In this document: positions 1-11,400 of the stretch, in pieces
How the letters are laid out: each line of letters starts with the position of its first letter
Numbering within the stretch: the stretch's first letter is position 1
DNA from: Amoebophrya sp. A120
Lineage: Eukaryota > Protista > Dinoflagellata
Assembly: GCA_905178155.1 (NCBI GenBank)
Contig: CAJINV010000001.1
Location: 8,339,599-8,403,598, forward strand
Direction: 5' to 3'
DNA length: 64,000 bases
Translations under genes and position numbers: made by a program
Notes under the pieces: model-generated
Database searches by the model: none
Seen by the model: the letters and a program-made list of their open reading frames with translations, nothing else
Told to the model about the DNA's origin: nothing

Positions 1-1904
1 ACCTTCATTATCCCGTCCGGAAAGTGCCGGGGCCCGTTCCCCGAAACCACGCGGCCGTACTTCGCCAATGCGGCCATCTGGTACGCGGCGTCAAACATGC
101 CGCAGTTCGCCGCGTCCCAAATGGCCACGAACCCGGTGGAGCCACAGGACCGAATCACCTGCTCCCGCCGCAGGCAGTCCAGCACGTAGGCTTTTTGCGT
201 TTCGGCGTCCGAGGTTTTTCCGCTGGACAGCACGCCGCTGATTCTTTCCAAGAACGGCTTCACGCGCGCGACGTAGATCGGCGACCCGTCCCGCGCGCGA
301 AGGATATTCACGCTGGTGGTAGGCGCTCCAGTTCTTTCGCCGCTTGTTTTACTCGCAGTTGTACTATCGACAGGAACAAGTTCGGGTCTTGCCTGGAGAC
401 CGCGGTTCTTCGGGCTCGTGCGCTGGTGCTGCCGCAGGTAGAGACCCGGGGACAGTGCAACTGCCGCGCTCTCTGTGTCGGCGTCATCCTCCTCTTTTTT
501 CCCCTGCCGCAGCTTGTAGAAAGTCGATTTTCCAGGGGAAGAAGGCGTCGACTGCTCCCCGGCAGGGGGTCGTGTGCAGTCTAAATCATGCCTCGGAGTA
601 GACGAAACGGGACACGACTTCTGGTGAAAGATCCCGTGGGGAAAGATATGCTCCCGAGCTAGCCGGTCCGCGTCGGCGTCACTGAGAATCTCCAGGTCCA
701 TGCTGTACCCACAGGAGCCGCTCGAAGTTGATGTACTGTTCGGGATGATCATCGGAGAGGACCCATCTTCCGCTCCCAAGTGCTCCGCTTTATTCTGGTG
801 CAAAATTTGCTGCTTGTACCACGAGAGAAGAGCTCCTTTCTTCTTTTTCTTGTTTTGCCCCCCGCCTCTGGGGCTGCTCACTTCCTTTGTCCGACCCAGT
901 TGCTCCGCGAAGACCGCCGCCCGGAATAGCACGGTCCCCGCCATCTTTTCCAGGACAAAGGTTACCCCGGAACCTAAGCTCGTGCTTTCCATCTTCCGGC
1001 ACTCCTTGAAATGCACACGAAGATAGCGGTAGGCGCACACGTCCGGGCCGGAAAAGGCCTCGAAGAATTCTTCCACCATCAGGTCCACAAGTAATTGCAG
1101 ATTTTTCGCGTCTTTCGCATAGTTGGGAATCAAGTCCTCCTTCACGAATTCCTTCAGCGACGGCCACCCGGGATTCGTCTGTTCCTCGCGGTCCACGAGA
1201 GTCTTTTCCGCTAGGTCAACATTTTTCCCTTCTCGATTTCTCGTTTGCATGGACCCGACCACTTCCGTCGCGCGGTGCTGCAGCTTTTTTGTTTTATTCA
1301 GAGGGCCGTTGTTCGCATCGATCTCCTCGCGCAACATCGAATGAAGGCGTCTCTCCCGCACCATTTTCTCGAGGAGTTCCGAAACAAGCGGCTCCAGCTT
1401 CATCTCTCCCATCCGGGTTTTCAACTTCTCGCCAACCGGCTTTGCCAAACGAGAAAACCACGAGCTGGTGTTTTTCGTGGTGCTAGTTGTTCTCCTACTA
1501 GTCGTGTCCACCGCCAGCTTCGCAGCGACCGCAGAGAGCTGCGACATCTCCGGCTGGAGCAACGCGCTGTTTTTGTCTTTTTCATTGGACGTCGTCGTGC
1601 GCGTTGCCGTTGATGCGGTGCCGCGTTCTTGTTGCGCGGTGTTGTCCACAAGTTTCTGGTCCACCGTAAAGCACGAACTGTCGACGTCCCTTGGGGACCC
1701 CATGGTGCTACCCGACGCACCGCCAGCCAAAGTCCCGCCGTCACTGTCCGATCGGGATAGGTTGTGCTGAAACTGCAGCTCGATCTCCGTGAGCTCCTCG
1801 TTCGTGTTGTTCCGCTTCCCACCCTCGCCGCCCGGAGGACTGCCGGCGCAGCAAGGGTCCGCATGGTGTGGCGGCTCACAACTGCGAAGAATATCGTTGC
1901 CCAT
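1..1904 (-). CDS. Hypothetical protein, >=634 aa, runs off the window start
   Basis: Manual translation from ATG 1904 (MGNDILRSCEPP...GPRHFPDGIMK) stays open to base 1. Absent from the ORF track because there is no stop in the window. No recognisable domain. Confidence 0.75.
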   Translation of the reverse strand, partial: MGNDILRSCEPPHHADPCCAGSPPGGEGGKRNNTNEELTEIELQFQHNLSRSDSDGGTLAGGASGSTMGSPRDVDSSCFTVDQKLVDNTAQQERGTASTATRTTTSNEKDKNSALLQPEMSQLSAVAAKLAVDTTSRRTTSTTKNTSSWFSRLAKPVGEKLKTRMGEMKLEPLVSELLEKMVRERRLHSMLREEIDANNGPLNKTKKLQHRATEVVGSMQTRNREGKNVDLAEKTLVDREEQTNPGWPSLKEFVKEDLIPNYAKDAKNLQLLVDLMVEEFFEAFSGPDVCAYRYLRVHFKECRKMESTSLGSGVTFVLEKMAGTVLFRAAVFAEQLGRTKEVSSPRGGGQNKKKKKGALLSWYKQQILHQNKAEHLGAEDGSSPMIIPNSTSTSSGSCGYSMDLEILSDADADRLAREHIFPHGIFHQKSCPVSSTPRHDLDCTRPPAGEQSTPSSPGKSTFYKLRQGKKEEDDADTESAAVALSPGLYLRQHQRTSPKNRGLQARPELVPVDSTTASKTSGERTGAPTTSVNILRARDGSPIYVARVKPFLERISGVLSSGKTSDAETQKAYVLDCLRREQVIRSCGSTGFVAIWDAANCGMFDAAYQMAALAKYGRVVSGNGPRHFPDGIMK

Positions 1905-2926
1905 GATCTATTGACGCCTAGCCCCCAGTTTTTTTTGACGTTTTGACGGGTTGCGCCCGTTCGTAAGTTCCGCACTTCTGATGGTGCCGCTCGAGCTTGT
2001 CTTGATGTAGCTCAATGAAGGTCCTGAAGGTTCACCTTTGCGTCATCTTCCCCCCGCCTTCGTGGACAAGCCTCACTGATGCTGTGGTACTCCAGTCTGA
2101 TGTAGGGTGAAAACAGATGCCGAGTGTCAATGTATGCCGTCTTCATCGTACATCAAATTTAATCTTCAAGGGGATTAGGACGCGACTTTCGAAAAAAAAA
2201 AGCGCTTCAAACAAATTTCAAAAAAAACACAAACAAACTATACTGAGGGACGGTCCAGGTAACGGACAGATCAGATGAATAAGTGGGGCAGCACGAAACA
2301 TAAGTGAAGGAAAAATGGGTACAGCACAGAGGCGGGCTCAGACTGGCGAGTTGGTTGGGTCATTTAGAAAATTTTCCCGCCACGACAGCACCACAGAGAC
2401 AGAATTGCAAAACAATAAACACATCGATCTAATTAGCAGCACGACCGAGCAACATGAAAGTTGTGGGGGCCTTTAAACCGATAAATAGACAGACTCTTCC
2501 GCCTCTTGATGACGACTGTATCTTAACCGATGTTTCAGTTATCTTGACGAAGCTCACCGACTCCAGCGGGTAGACAATTCCAAAGTTAGTAGTCACTGAT
2601 TCCCTTGTAACATACAGCCACAGCAGGGGTACAATGTTGTACGGGCTTTGCTTCCCCCGAATAGATACTAAAGGCCAAGTATTTTCGCTGCAAAAAAAGG
2701 ACAGTGCAGGAATTCGTGCGCGTATGCTTTTCGGGTCGCTTTGAGGAGGGCAGTGGTACATTTAGTACACCATCTTTTCACATGAACTTGGTTGCAAGCT
2801 CCGAAACATTTTTTTCTCCACCCAGATGGAGCAAGAGAAATCAAAGAGAGCTCATCATGTAGGCATTTACAAGATTGTCGGTCCAGCACGACCAAGTTCG
2901 AAAAACCATCTTTGTCCTCAGAATAC

Positions 2927-4348
2927 TCATGCGCCAGCAAATCTGGCTCTCGTTGGCGTTGCGACCACCGGGGCACGGATTTCCGGTCGGCGTTCCTGCG
3001 CTTGACCGATCTGTTGGTCCCGATCATCTTCATTCGGTAGAACTACAGCAGCATCTCCTCTCCTGCCACCTTCTGGTTCTGTTGCTGGTCCGGCAACATT
3101 ATCTTCCTCCCCCGAGTTAATCTCCTCTCCTGAGGCCGCTTTTGGCGAGGCAACGGTCGTCGGCGTGCTGTCCCTGGTATCCGCGCAAGAAGTCTTTCCG
3201 GCAGTGGAGCTGCAGCTCGAGGCCCGGCTTGCAGAAACCCCCGCTTTCGTCGGCGTTTGCCGTAATTGCTCCGTCGACGTCACTGGCTGAATAGTATTTT
3301 TACCATCCTTGTTCTGGGAAGAAGTGCTTGCGAGCATATGTGAACTGGAGGTAGCACTGCCGCTTTGAGCCGCGGAGTGCTGATCCGCTTCTTGTAGAAT
3401 TGCGGCAACAGCAGAGCGAAGGTGTTCCCCGCCTTCCGTGAGCATGGTGCTCTTCTTGTTCGCTGCAAAAACTGGGCTGCCGCCGGAAGCTCTTTCCAGT
3501 ACTGTACCGCTGCTTGCTGTCAGCGGCGCTGCACCTCCCGCCAAGAGCAAGGTTTCCGCGCGGCAGCGCTTCTCGTAAGCCTCTTCCATAATGTCTTTGA
3601 ACAGATCGCCGCGAGCGGTCGCGTTGTACATGTAAGCGCACTGAAAGGCGTCGACTGCCATGCCGCCGCTCTTCACCAGGTCTGTTTTCCGGTTGGGGTC
3701 CGCTCCGCCCTCGACAATCAACGTCGCAACGTGGTCCAGCTCGAACCTGTTTTTCCCCCGCAAACCCTCCATGGCCGCGTGCAAGGGCGTCTCTCCCGAG
3801 TCGTTCATGGCGACGCACTGCAGACTGTGCCACGGCTTCGTGGTCGGTTTATTCCCATTCTGGTCGGAGGTTGTCGTGACGACCACCGGTGGACTAACGA
3901 ACTTCTTCTCCAAATGCAGCAACCGCTTGATGATCTTATTGTTCCCCTCCGATGCGGCAATGTGCATGGGAACCTCCCCATCCGACGCCTTCGCGACCAG
4001 TAAAAGCCGAAAGAAGAGCTTCTTGGCGGTCAAATTTTCGTCCGCGTTGTTGTTCGACATCATTTCTGCTCGGACTTTATTCACATGCTCCGCCTTCACC
4101 AGGTAGTTCTTCGGCAGCGGGCGGATTTGCCCGCTGCTGGTCACGGTGAGGGACACGAGCACATCAAGGCACTTCACGGCGTTGTACCCCGCAAGGTAGT
4201 GCATCACCGTCCACCCAAACATACCGGTCGACGTCATCTCCCGGAAATCGGACAGAATCGTCGGGCATAGTCGCTGCATCATCTCCGGGTCGTCCGCCTC
4301 CATCGCCTTGGCGAATTGCGGCTCTGCCTGGTCCAAATCCGCTGGCAT
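2927..4348 (-). CDS. Ankyrin-repeat protein with Ser/Thr-rich tail
   Basis: Ankyrin motifs GWTVMHYLAGYN, GEVPMHIAASEGN and GETPLHAAMEG...GGADPN. Likely start is MPADLD at 4348. Confidence 0.85.
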   Translation of the reverse strand: MPADLDQAEPQFAKAMEADDPEMMQRLCPTILSDFREMTSTGMFGWTVMHYLAGYNAVKCLDVLVSLTVTSSGQIRPLPKNYLVKAEHVNKVRAEMMSNNNADENLTAKKLFFRLLLVAKASDGEVPMHIAASEGNNKIIKRLLHLEKKFVSPPVVVTTTSDQNGNKPTTKPWHSLQCVAMNDSGETPLHAAMEGLRGKNRFELDHVATLIVEGGADPNRKTDLVKSGGMAVDAFQCAYMYNATARGDLFKDIMEEAYEKRCRAETLLLAGGAAPLTASSGTVLERASGGSPVFAANKKSTMLTEGGEHLRSAVAAILQEADQHSAAQSGSATSSSHMLASTSSQNKDGKNTIQPVTSTEQLRQTPTKAGVSASRASSCSSTAGKTSCADTRDSTPTTVASPKAASGEEINSGEEDNVAGPATEPEGGRRGDAAVVLPNEDDRDQQIGQAQERRPEIRAPVVATPTRARFAGA

Positions 4349-5411
4349 GGTTTGTCTTTGTCCGGCAAAAGGGTCGTGGGTATAAGAAGTAGTTTCAGTT
4401 CTGTATGATGCTACGAAAAGCATTTATCAAACTCAAATCAATAGCACGCTCAAAAAGGACTGTTACACGGCTTTAATTCAAACCTTTGGTATTTGATGAT
4501 AAATCGCTAAAAACAGTAGCGACAAAGAGATCGTGGAGAGTCGCTTTAAATAAAGGTATCTTTTACAGCACCCGAACCAATCAATGCGGCCTGTCGTCAA
4601 TGAAAAAGCTGAACCTTTTGAACATCCAGAAAGTCGGTGCTAAAAAAAGCCGAGAATCGAGCCACGGAGGAAAAAAATTTGAATTTTTGGATAGGATCTT
4701 CGTCGATCATCTTCAGACCATTCTCAGCCTGCTGTCACAGATCATACAAAACCTTTTTACAGCACACTGATCGCTATCTTGGAAAGCAAGATCTACTTTT
4801 GAAAACTACTCAGCACAAATTTTGTTGCATGTATTCTTTCGCGTGGTGTGGTTTACCGAAAAGGGATCCAAAACGCCATCGACACAAATTTTAGCCTGAA
4901 GATCCTCGTCGCACATCGTCGACGCACTAGCGGAATAATTTCCATCCCTGTGATTGACCTAGAGCTTTTTGAACAATCGTTTTCTACGTAAGACGTGCTT
5001 GCTACTTCAGCGAGAAAAGAGGCCTATTCCGGGAGAGGGACCAGCCAGAAGCTAGTGCTACCAGCTCCAGTGGTTTTTTTCGTGAAATCCAGTGCGCAGG
5101 TCCTGAATGACACAAGTTGTACTCTACATGTATTCTCAGAAGAAGAAGTCAGCACTTACGATGTTGATTCACAACATTTCGCTAGCTCCAACCTGGTCAT
5201 GAAGACCAGGACTTGGCTCGACTACCACTTTTCAGAATCCATGTAGATCGACGGTGAGACTACTTTACGATATGTACTCATCTCTTCGCGAATAGGTTCA
5301 AGCACCCTATAATTATCGAAGAAGGAGCACCAGCATGTCTACAAGTCTTCCTTGCAAAACTACTGTGCGATTTAAGTAGCGGATCTCTCCATTCGTCCCT
5401 TAACACGCCCT

Positions 5412-8400
5412 TCAGCAGACTACGTCCTTGCCGTCGACCAGTTCGTAGGACACGACAGCGCCACCTTCGCCACTAACCACCACCTTGCACTTTCCGCTGT
5501 TTTTTGCAACTTCCGCCGCGTATTGCTGTGCCGTGAAAGAGGTGAGTGCCGCGGTCAAAGCAACCTTGTCCGCCTCACTTTTTGCCTTGAACCCGCTAGT
5601 CAACTTGGGTTTTCGCGGGCAGATGAAGGCTTCGAACTTCGCCTTGCTTCCTTCCAGGTCGACGCAGTCCTTTGCGACAACTAAGCGATCCGTCGGCGCA
5701 CACTCCAGGAGGGTAAGCTTCCTTCGCAGCAATTTGTCGACGTACCTGGCAAAAGGTTTTTGATAATACATCGATCGTCATCATCCATAGTAGTGCGCAG
5801 AGCAACAATGCACTTCGTGAACCAGCCACGCAGGATCCTCTACTAGTCCGATTTTTTTAGCTGCAAAAACAACTGCGTTGTAAACCTAACTTTATGCAAA
5901 ATCCTAACGCCAGAAATAAACGTAAACACAAATACTCATTTTTCGCCAGCAGGGCGGATTTTAGTGTCGGTCCGTGGGCGACACCGAAGATGTCAACCAC
6001 GTCGTGCGGTCGGAGGTTTGCTTCCTTGCACAGCTTCTGGATGTGGTTGGCTACCTCCCGGCCCGCCGCCATCTGCAACAATTCTGGATCCGGGGTGAAG
6101 TCCAACAAGACGAGGTTCTTGTTGTCGTCGTAGTCAAAAGCCAAGTCTGCTTTTGCGCCCGCCTGGCCGACGGTGATATCCCTGGCGATGTCCAGATCGT
6201 TCTTGTCAAACATCAAGCCCAGGATTTCGCACTGTTCGTTGTTCGCCTGGTACTGTTCGATGTCCTTCACGCCCCAGGTATCCAGCACCGCCTGCACGTC
6301 CTTCATCTCTATCTTCGCCTTCTTGCACTTCTTCTGCGTGCTGGCTTTTTTCGTCTTCAGATTGGCGACGAGCGAGACCTTCACGTCGGTGGCGGTTTTT
6401 TGCGGTAGCACCGTGAGCTCCATCACGTTCACTTCGTCCTTGATGTACTCCTGGAGTTCGAGCAGCTGCGCGACATCGCCCTCTTTCTCGTCGTCGACGA
6501 TCACCCGCATGGACTTCAAGGGTGTTTTCACGCCGATCTTTTTCCTCGCGCGCAGTTGCCGTGCGGTCTCGATCAGATTCTGCATCAGCTTCACGGACTT
6601 CTCGATCTCCTCGTTGATCAACCGGGGGTTAAACCGCGGCCGCATCACGAAGTGCACGCACTCCGCCTTTTTCGGATGATTTTCCGGCAACGCACGTTGC
6701 AGGTTTTCGTAGATGAAATCGGCGATGAAGGGGGTGACGGGCGCGAAAAGAATGGTCACGTCGAGGATCACGGAGTACAACACGGTCAAACTCGTTTTCG
6801 CTTCCTCCTGCCCATTTTCTCCGCGCATGCGCTGGCGGTTCAGGCGGATGTACCAGTTGGTCAGCTGTTCCCAGAACCCGGCGAGGAGCGGGACGACGGC
6901 GTAGAGTTTGTAATTGTCCATTTCCGTCTCCACCGTGCGCAGCAGGTTGTTGCACGCGGCGAGAATCCACCGGTCGGTGAGATTCCTCGTCGACTCGAGG
7001 AGCGCGAAATCGGGCTGGAACGGGCTGTCGGTCTTACCCTCTAATCGGTAGGACTCCATCACCAAAAAGCGGTACGCGTTGTACCACGGCAGGAAGATGT
7101 CTTTCACCTGTTGGGATAAAGTCATGAGAACGGTCAAATTTAAATCTTTACGGCTGAACGTAAAAGAAACTACTGGCGTAGTGATGTTCGAGAGTACTGA
7201 TGATGCGAGGGCATCAAAATAAAGCAGAAGAAACACTAAACTTCGGTTGGCAACTCAATATACCACGTCATTCACGTGGGCCTCCTTGAACCGCAAGGGT
7301 TCCGCGCGGACCGCGGGCGAGTTGCACATGTACATTCGGACGGCGTCGGCGCCGTATTTTTCCGTCATCAGGAGCGGATCCGGGTAGTTTTTCAGGGACT
7401 TGGACATCTTCTTCCCGTCCTCGGCGAGGATCAGACCGTTGCAGATCAGATTCAGAAATGGCGGTTTGTCGAACAAATGGGTGGACAGAACCATCAAGGT
7501 GTAGAACCTGTTGATTGTATGTGTAAAAAGATCTAAGTTGAATACCAGAAACAATGGTGCAGCATGATTTGGTTTTCTTGAAAATGGGTGCGCATCATGG
7601 AGGCCCAGATGATCTTCATAATGTTGCGCCGTTTAGAACTATCACGCAAATAAAAATCAGGTACTATCAAAAAATACCATCCCCTCGTCTGATCCAAGCC
7701 TTCGGCGATAAATTGCGCCGGAAACCCGCCGTTCTCCATCAGTTCCTTGTTTTCGAAGGGGTAGTGCATCTGTCCGTATGGCATGGACCCGGATTCGAAC
7801 CAGCAGTCGAATACTTCCTCGATGCGCTTCAGCATGCCCTTGCCCTTCTTGGACGGAATTTTGATGTCGTCGATGAAGTGGCGGTGGATGTCCGTGATTT
7901 TCCTCCCCGCATACTCCTCCAGCTCCTTGACGGACCCGATACACACCACCTCTTCGAAATCGTCCGACACCCACAGCGGGATCGGGGTGCCCCAGAACCG
8001 GCTGCGGGAGATGCACCAGTCCCGGGCCTCGGCGAGCCAGTTGTGGAACCGCTTCTCCTGGACGAAGGTCGGCACCCACCGGGTCTGCTCGTTGTTCTTG
8101 ATCAACTTCTCCCGAATCTCCTCCACCTTCACGAACCAGGAGGGCATGGCCTTGTAGATCAGCGGCGTCTGCGACCGCCAGCAGTGCGGGTAGCTGTGCT
8201 CGATTTGGGACGAGGCGGCCAGCAGCTTGCGGTCCTTCAGGTTCTTTTTGATCAGGGGGTCGGCTTCTACTTTCGCGTTCAACCCCTTGAAGTCCACCAC
8301 GTCGTCGACGAACTTGCCGTCGTCGTTCACGAACATGGGCATGCCGTCGCCCTGCTTGTTGATCAGTCCGTGGTTCACACAGACCCGGAAATCGTCGTCA

Positions 8401-11400
8401 CCGTGCTGCGGGGCCTGGTGGACGATCATGGTACCGGCCTCGGTCCCCACGTACTCATCCACGAAGACGGACCAGGCCTTGTCCAGGTTCACTTTCGTTC
8501 TCGCGTAGTCGAAGAGCGGCTTGTACCGGAGGCCGCCGAGCTCCTTTCCCGGGACGGTTTTCACGATTTTGCAGCTGTCCTTAGCAACCTTCGTCTTCCC
8601 GAAATACCCGAAGTTGTTCATTTCGGACAACACCCACTCAAACCGTTCCTTTCCGACAATGATCGTCTCGGTTTTGTTCGTTTCCGCGTTCGGGGGGAGC
8701 TCAACGTAGAAATACGTGTGCGTCGGGTGGACGCAGAGCGCTAAGTTGGAAGGCAGCGTCCAGTATCAAATGCAAAAATGTCTGGGTCTGGAAAGTCGTA
8801 ATGCTAAAAGTGGATGATAGCCGGACTGCAATACGCAGCCAAGCATGACAAATTTTTGAGCGGCTACGTGTTGCGTATTCCGCATGAGAAACNTTTCCAG
8901 ACCCAGACATTTTTACAATCCATACCTCAGAAGCGGTTGCAATGGTACTGCCCATAAACTCCTGCAGCGCCGCGCGGCCGAAGAGAGCGACGATCCAATA
9001 TCGCAATGACAAATCCCCCCTCCCCATATTGACGCGGTAGGTTTTCGCAAATTTGCGTTGCTGATATGTGACCACAAATCGTGTCTGTGTTGCAAGACGG
9101 CAACTCCACCGGCTCCGCTGCATTATGCAGGCGGTTTGTCAACATGCTGTTAAGCGCTACAGCACGGACGTTTTTCATGCTAAAAAGCGCCTAGATTAAA
9201 GCCTCTCTACTCAGGCTTGATATGGGTCATCTGCAGTCCTGTCCAGCAAGACAAATCTGACTTGTGTACTCAAATCCAGCATCAGAAACTTCGTTTTCAT
9301 ATGGGGAGAAGGGATTTTTCCTTTTGATATCAAAGCCTTGACCGCCACGCCGGTTTCGTGTTCCAATAAATCCGCGACGCCGAGCGCCCGGAGGTGTTCC
9401 GCGGTTCCGCCGAGAAATTTGCTGGCCCCGACCCGGGCGTGAATAATCAGCGCCTCCGCGACGGTGTGGAGGTTCAGATTGGCCTTCGCCTTGTCAATCG
9501 CGCCGGAGTACAGGGCTTGTCGTGCCGCGAACCGACCGATTTCTTCCAAAACGGTAATGTTCGCGTCGGGCGTGACCTGTTTGTCATCGGCAATACCGTC
9601 CTTCGGAAACATCGGGTCCGTCCCCTGCACCTGCGCGGCACCTTCGGCCGCCGCGACAACCGACGCGGCGCCGGACCGGGATAGTAAGTCCGCAAGCCTT
9701 TCGTGCGTTTGGAACTTCTCACCAAGAACTCCCGCGATGCAGTGCTCCGCGATCCCCTCGGAGGCGAGGCGGAAATCCGGTTTGGAAGCCATGTCCTTGG
9801 TCCGCAGAGCCTTGGACAGCTTGAAGTTCGTCACATTGTTGGAGGTGGTCGGCTTCATGACCTTACAATGCCGGGCGATGTCCGTGTCTTCCAACGGCGT
9901 TTTGTACTGCAACTTGCTCAACCCGGCGCCGGTTAAACCCGCGCCCAGAATCTGCTCATTGGACATTCCCATCGACTCCATCGCGTTTTCAATATTTTCC
10001 TGCTCCTCCCCCCGCAGCTGCGCCATCCGTTCCGGCTCGATCAAACGAAAGCTCGCGTCGGGCACGTAGGTCACGTCCGCCGCTTGGTACAGTGCGGATA
10101 GCTTTTATGCAATACAAATATGCCCCCACACGACCCAGTTTTTGTCATGCAAGAAGTACTTCAGCATTGTCTCCTCTGATGCGAAATTTGCAAGGCTGCC
10201 TTCGCTGAGACCAAGACGCACTATCAAAATCTTGAATCAATTTGTCTTGCGACCCGTGCATCTGCTTATCCTTTCCAGAGGCTGCTTTTTGCAATACAAA
10301 TTTCTGAGTCAGAAGGCATAATTGCTTTGCATAACTTCCCGTCCCCGAAGACATCAGAAGAACGACTCGGCTTGTAGAAGTTATCGATGGAATTGTCCTA
10401 TGCATTGCAAAAGTATCGTACTCGTACTACTTGCGTTTCTGCATTACAAATCTTTTTATCAAGGCAAATCCGCATTACAGCTTCAGTTTGTAGTGCTAGG
10501 TGAATTTGTAATGCATTTATACGAGTACGATGCTTTTGCAGTTCATATGTCCTGGGCGTGTTTGTCCTTTTCGGTCAAAAACGCAACTTCGTCCCGGGAG
10601 TGGTCGGACTCGATCACCATCACGTCGCCGAGTTCCGGGTCGACAATCATGTGGCAGAGGCACTCTAAAAGCCTATCATCCCGGTCCATCTCGTGCTCCA
10701 TCACGAGCAGTTGCTCCGCATCTTTTAGGAATCCGGTGCAGCATAAAATGTCGACAATCCCACCCTCATCAAGTGTCATGATATCGTCCATGTGGATCAT
10801 CACGATTTTCATCTGCTCGTGAATCGTCCCATCGTTATCTTTCTCCGGGCCCAGTAAGTCCAACGCGTCCTCAATGTCGCAGAACGAGGAAAACATTTCC
10901 AACAAATCCCTCGTTTTACTAACTTTCGTCTCGTCCGGGATCACCATGACAATGTCCCGTCGCGTCCGGTGCGGCTCCGTCCCGGGGACCCGGGGCAAAT
11001 GCCGGTCCTGACTCATGCCGACCACTTCTAACAACTGTGTCCGATCCCCCGCCACCTGCACGATCGTGTGGTTGTCGCGAGATTGCAAGATCGAGACCTT
11101 CGCGGGGGGGGAGTTCTGCTCCTTCTCCATGTCCCCCATGTTGTCCGCGCCGATTTCTCCGGTGGCGAGATATCGCGCTTCCGCGGGTAGTTTATCCCCA
11201 CGCGTGCACGAAATGTCGGTTTGCGACTGCTTGGCCGCGCGGCCCATGAGGTCTTGCAACAAGGCGGAGTCTTGTGGTTGCCCGGACAGGTTGTCGTTTT
11301 TCATTTTTTCGTCCCTTTTCCTCCTTTGCTCCGGGTCGATGTCCATCTCGACCCCCGGCATGAGTTCGATCGACCCCCAGAGTTGCGCCCCTTTTACCCG

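Noticed and set aside
7554-8744. Long plus-strand ORFs such as this 396-aa one and 23111-24136
   Set aside because: Antisense shadows of GC3-rich minus-strand genes.
8999-9066. Short TATC...GATA inverted repeat resembling a mini element
   Set aside because: Flanks TCCAA and TGTGA do not form a TSD, and frame restoration could not be shown.
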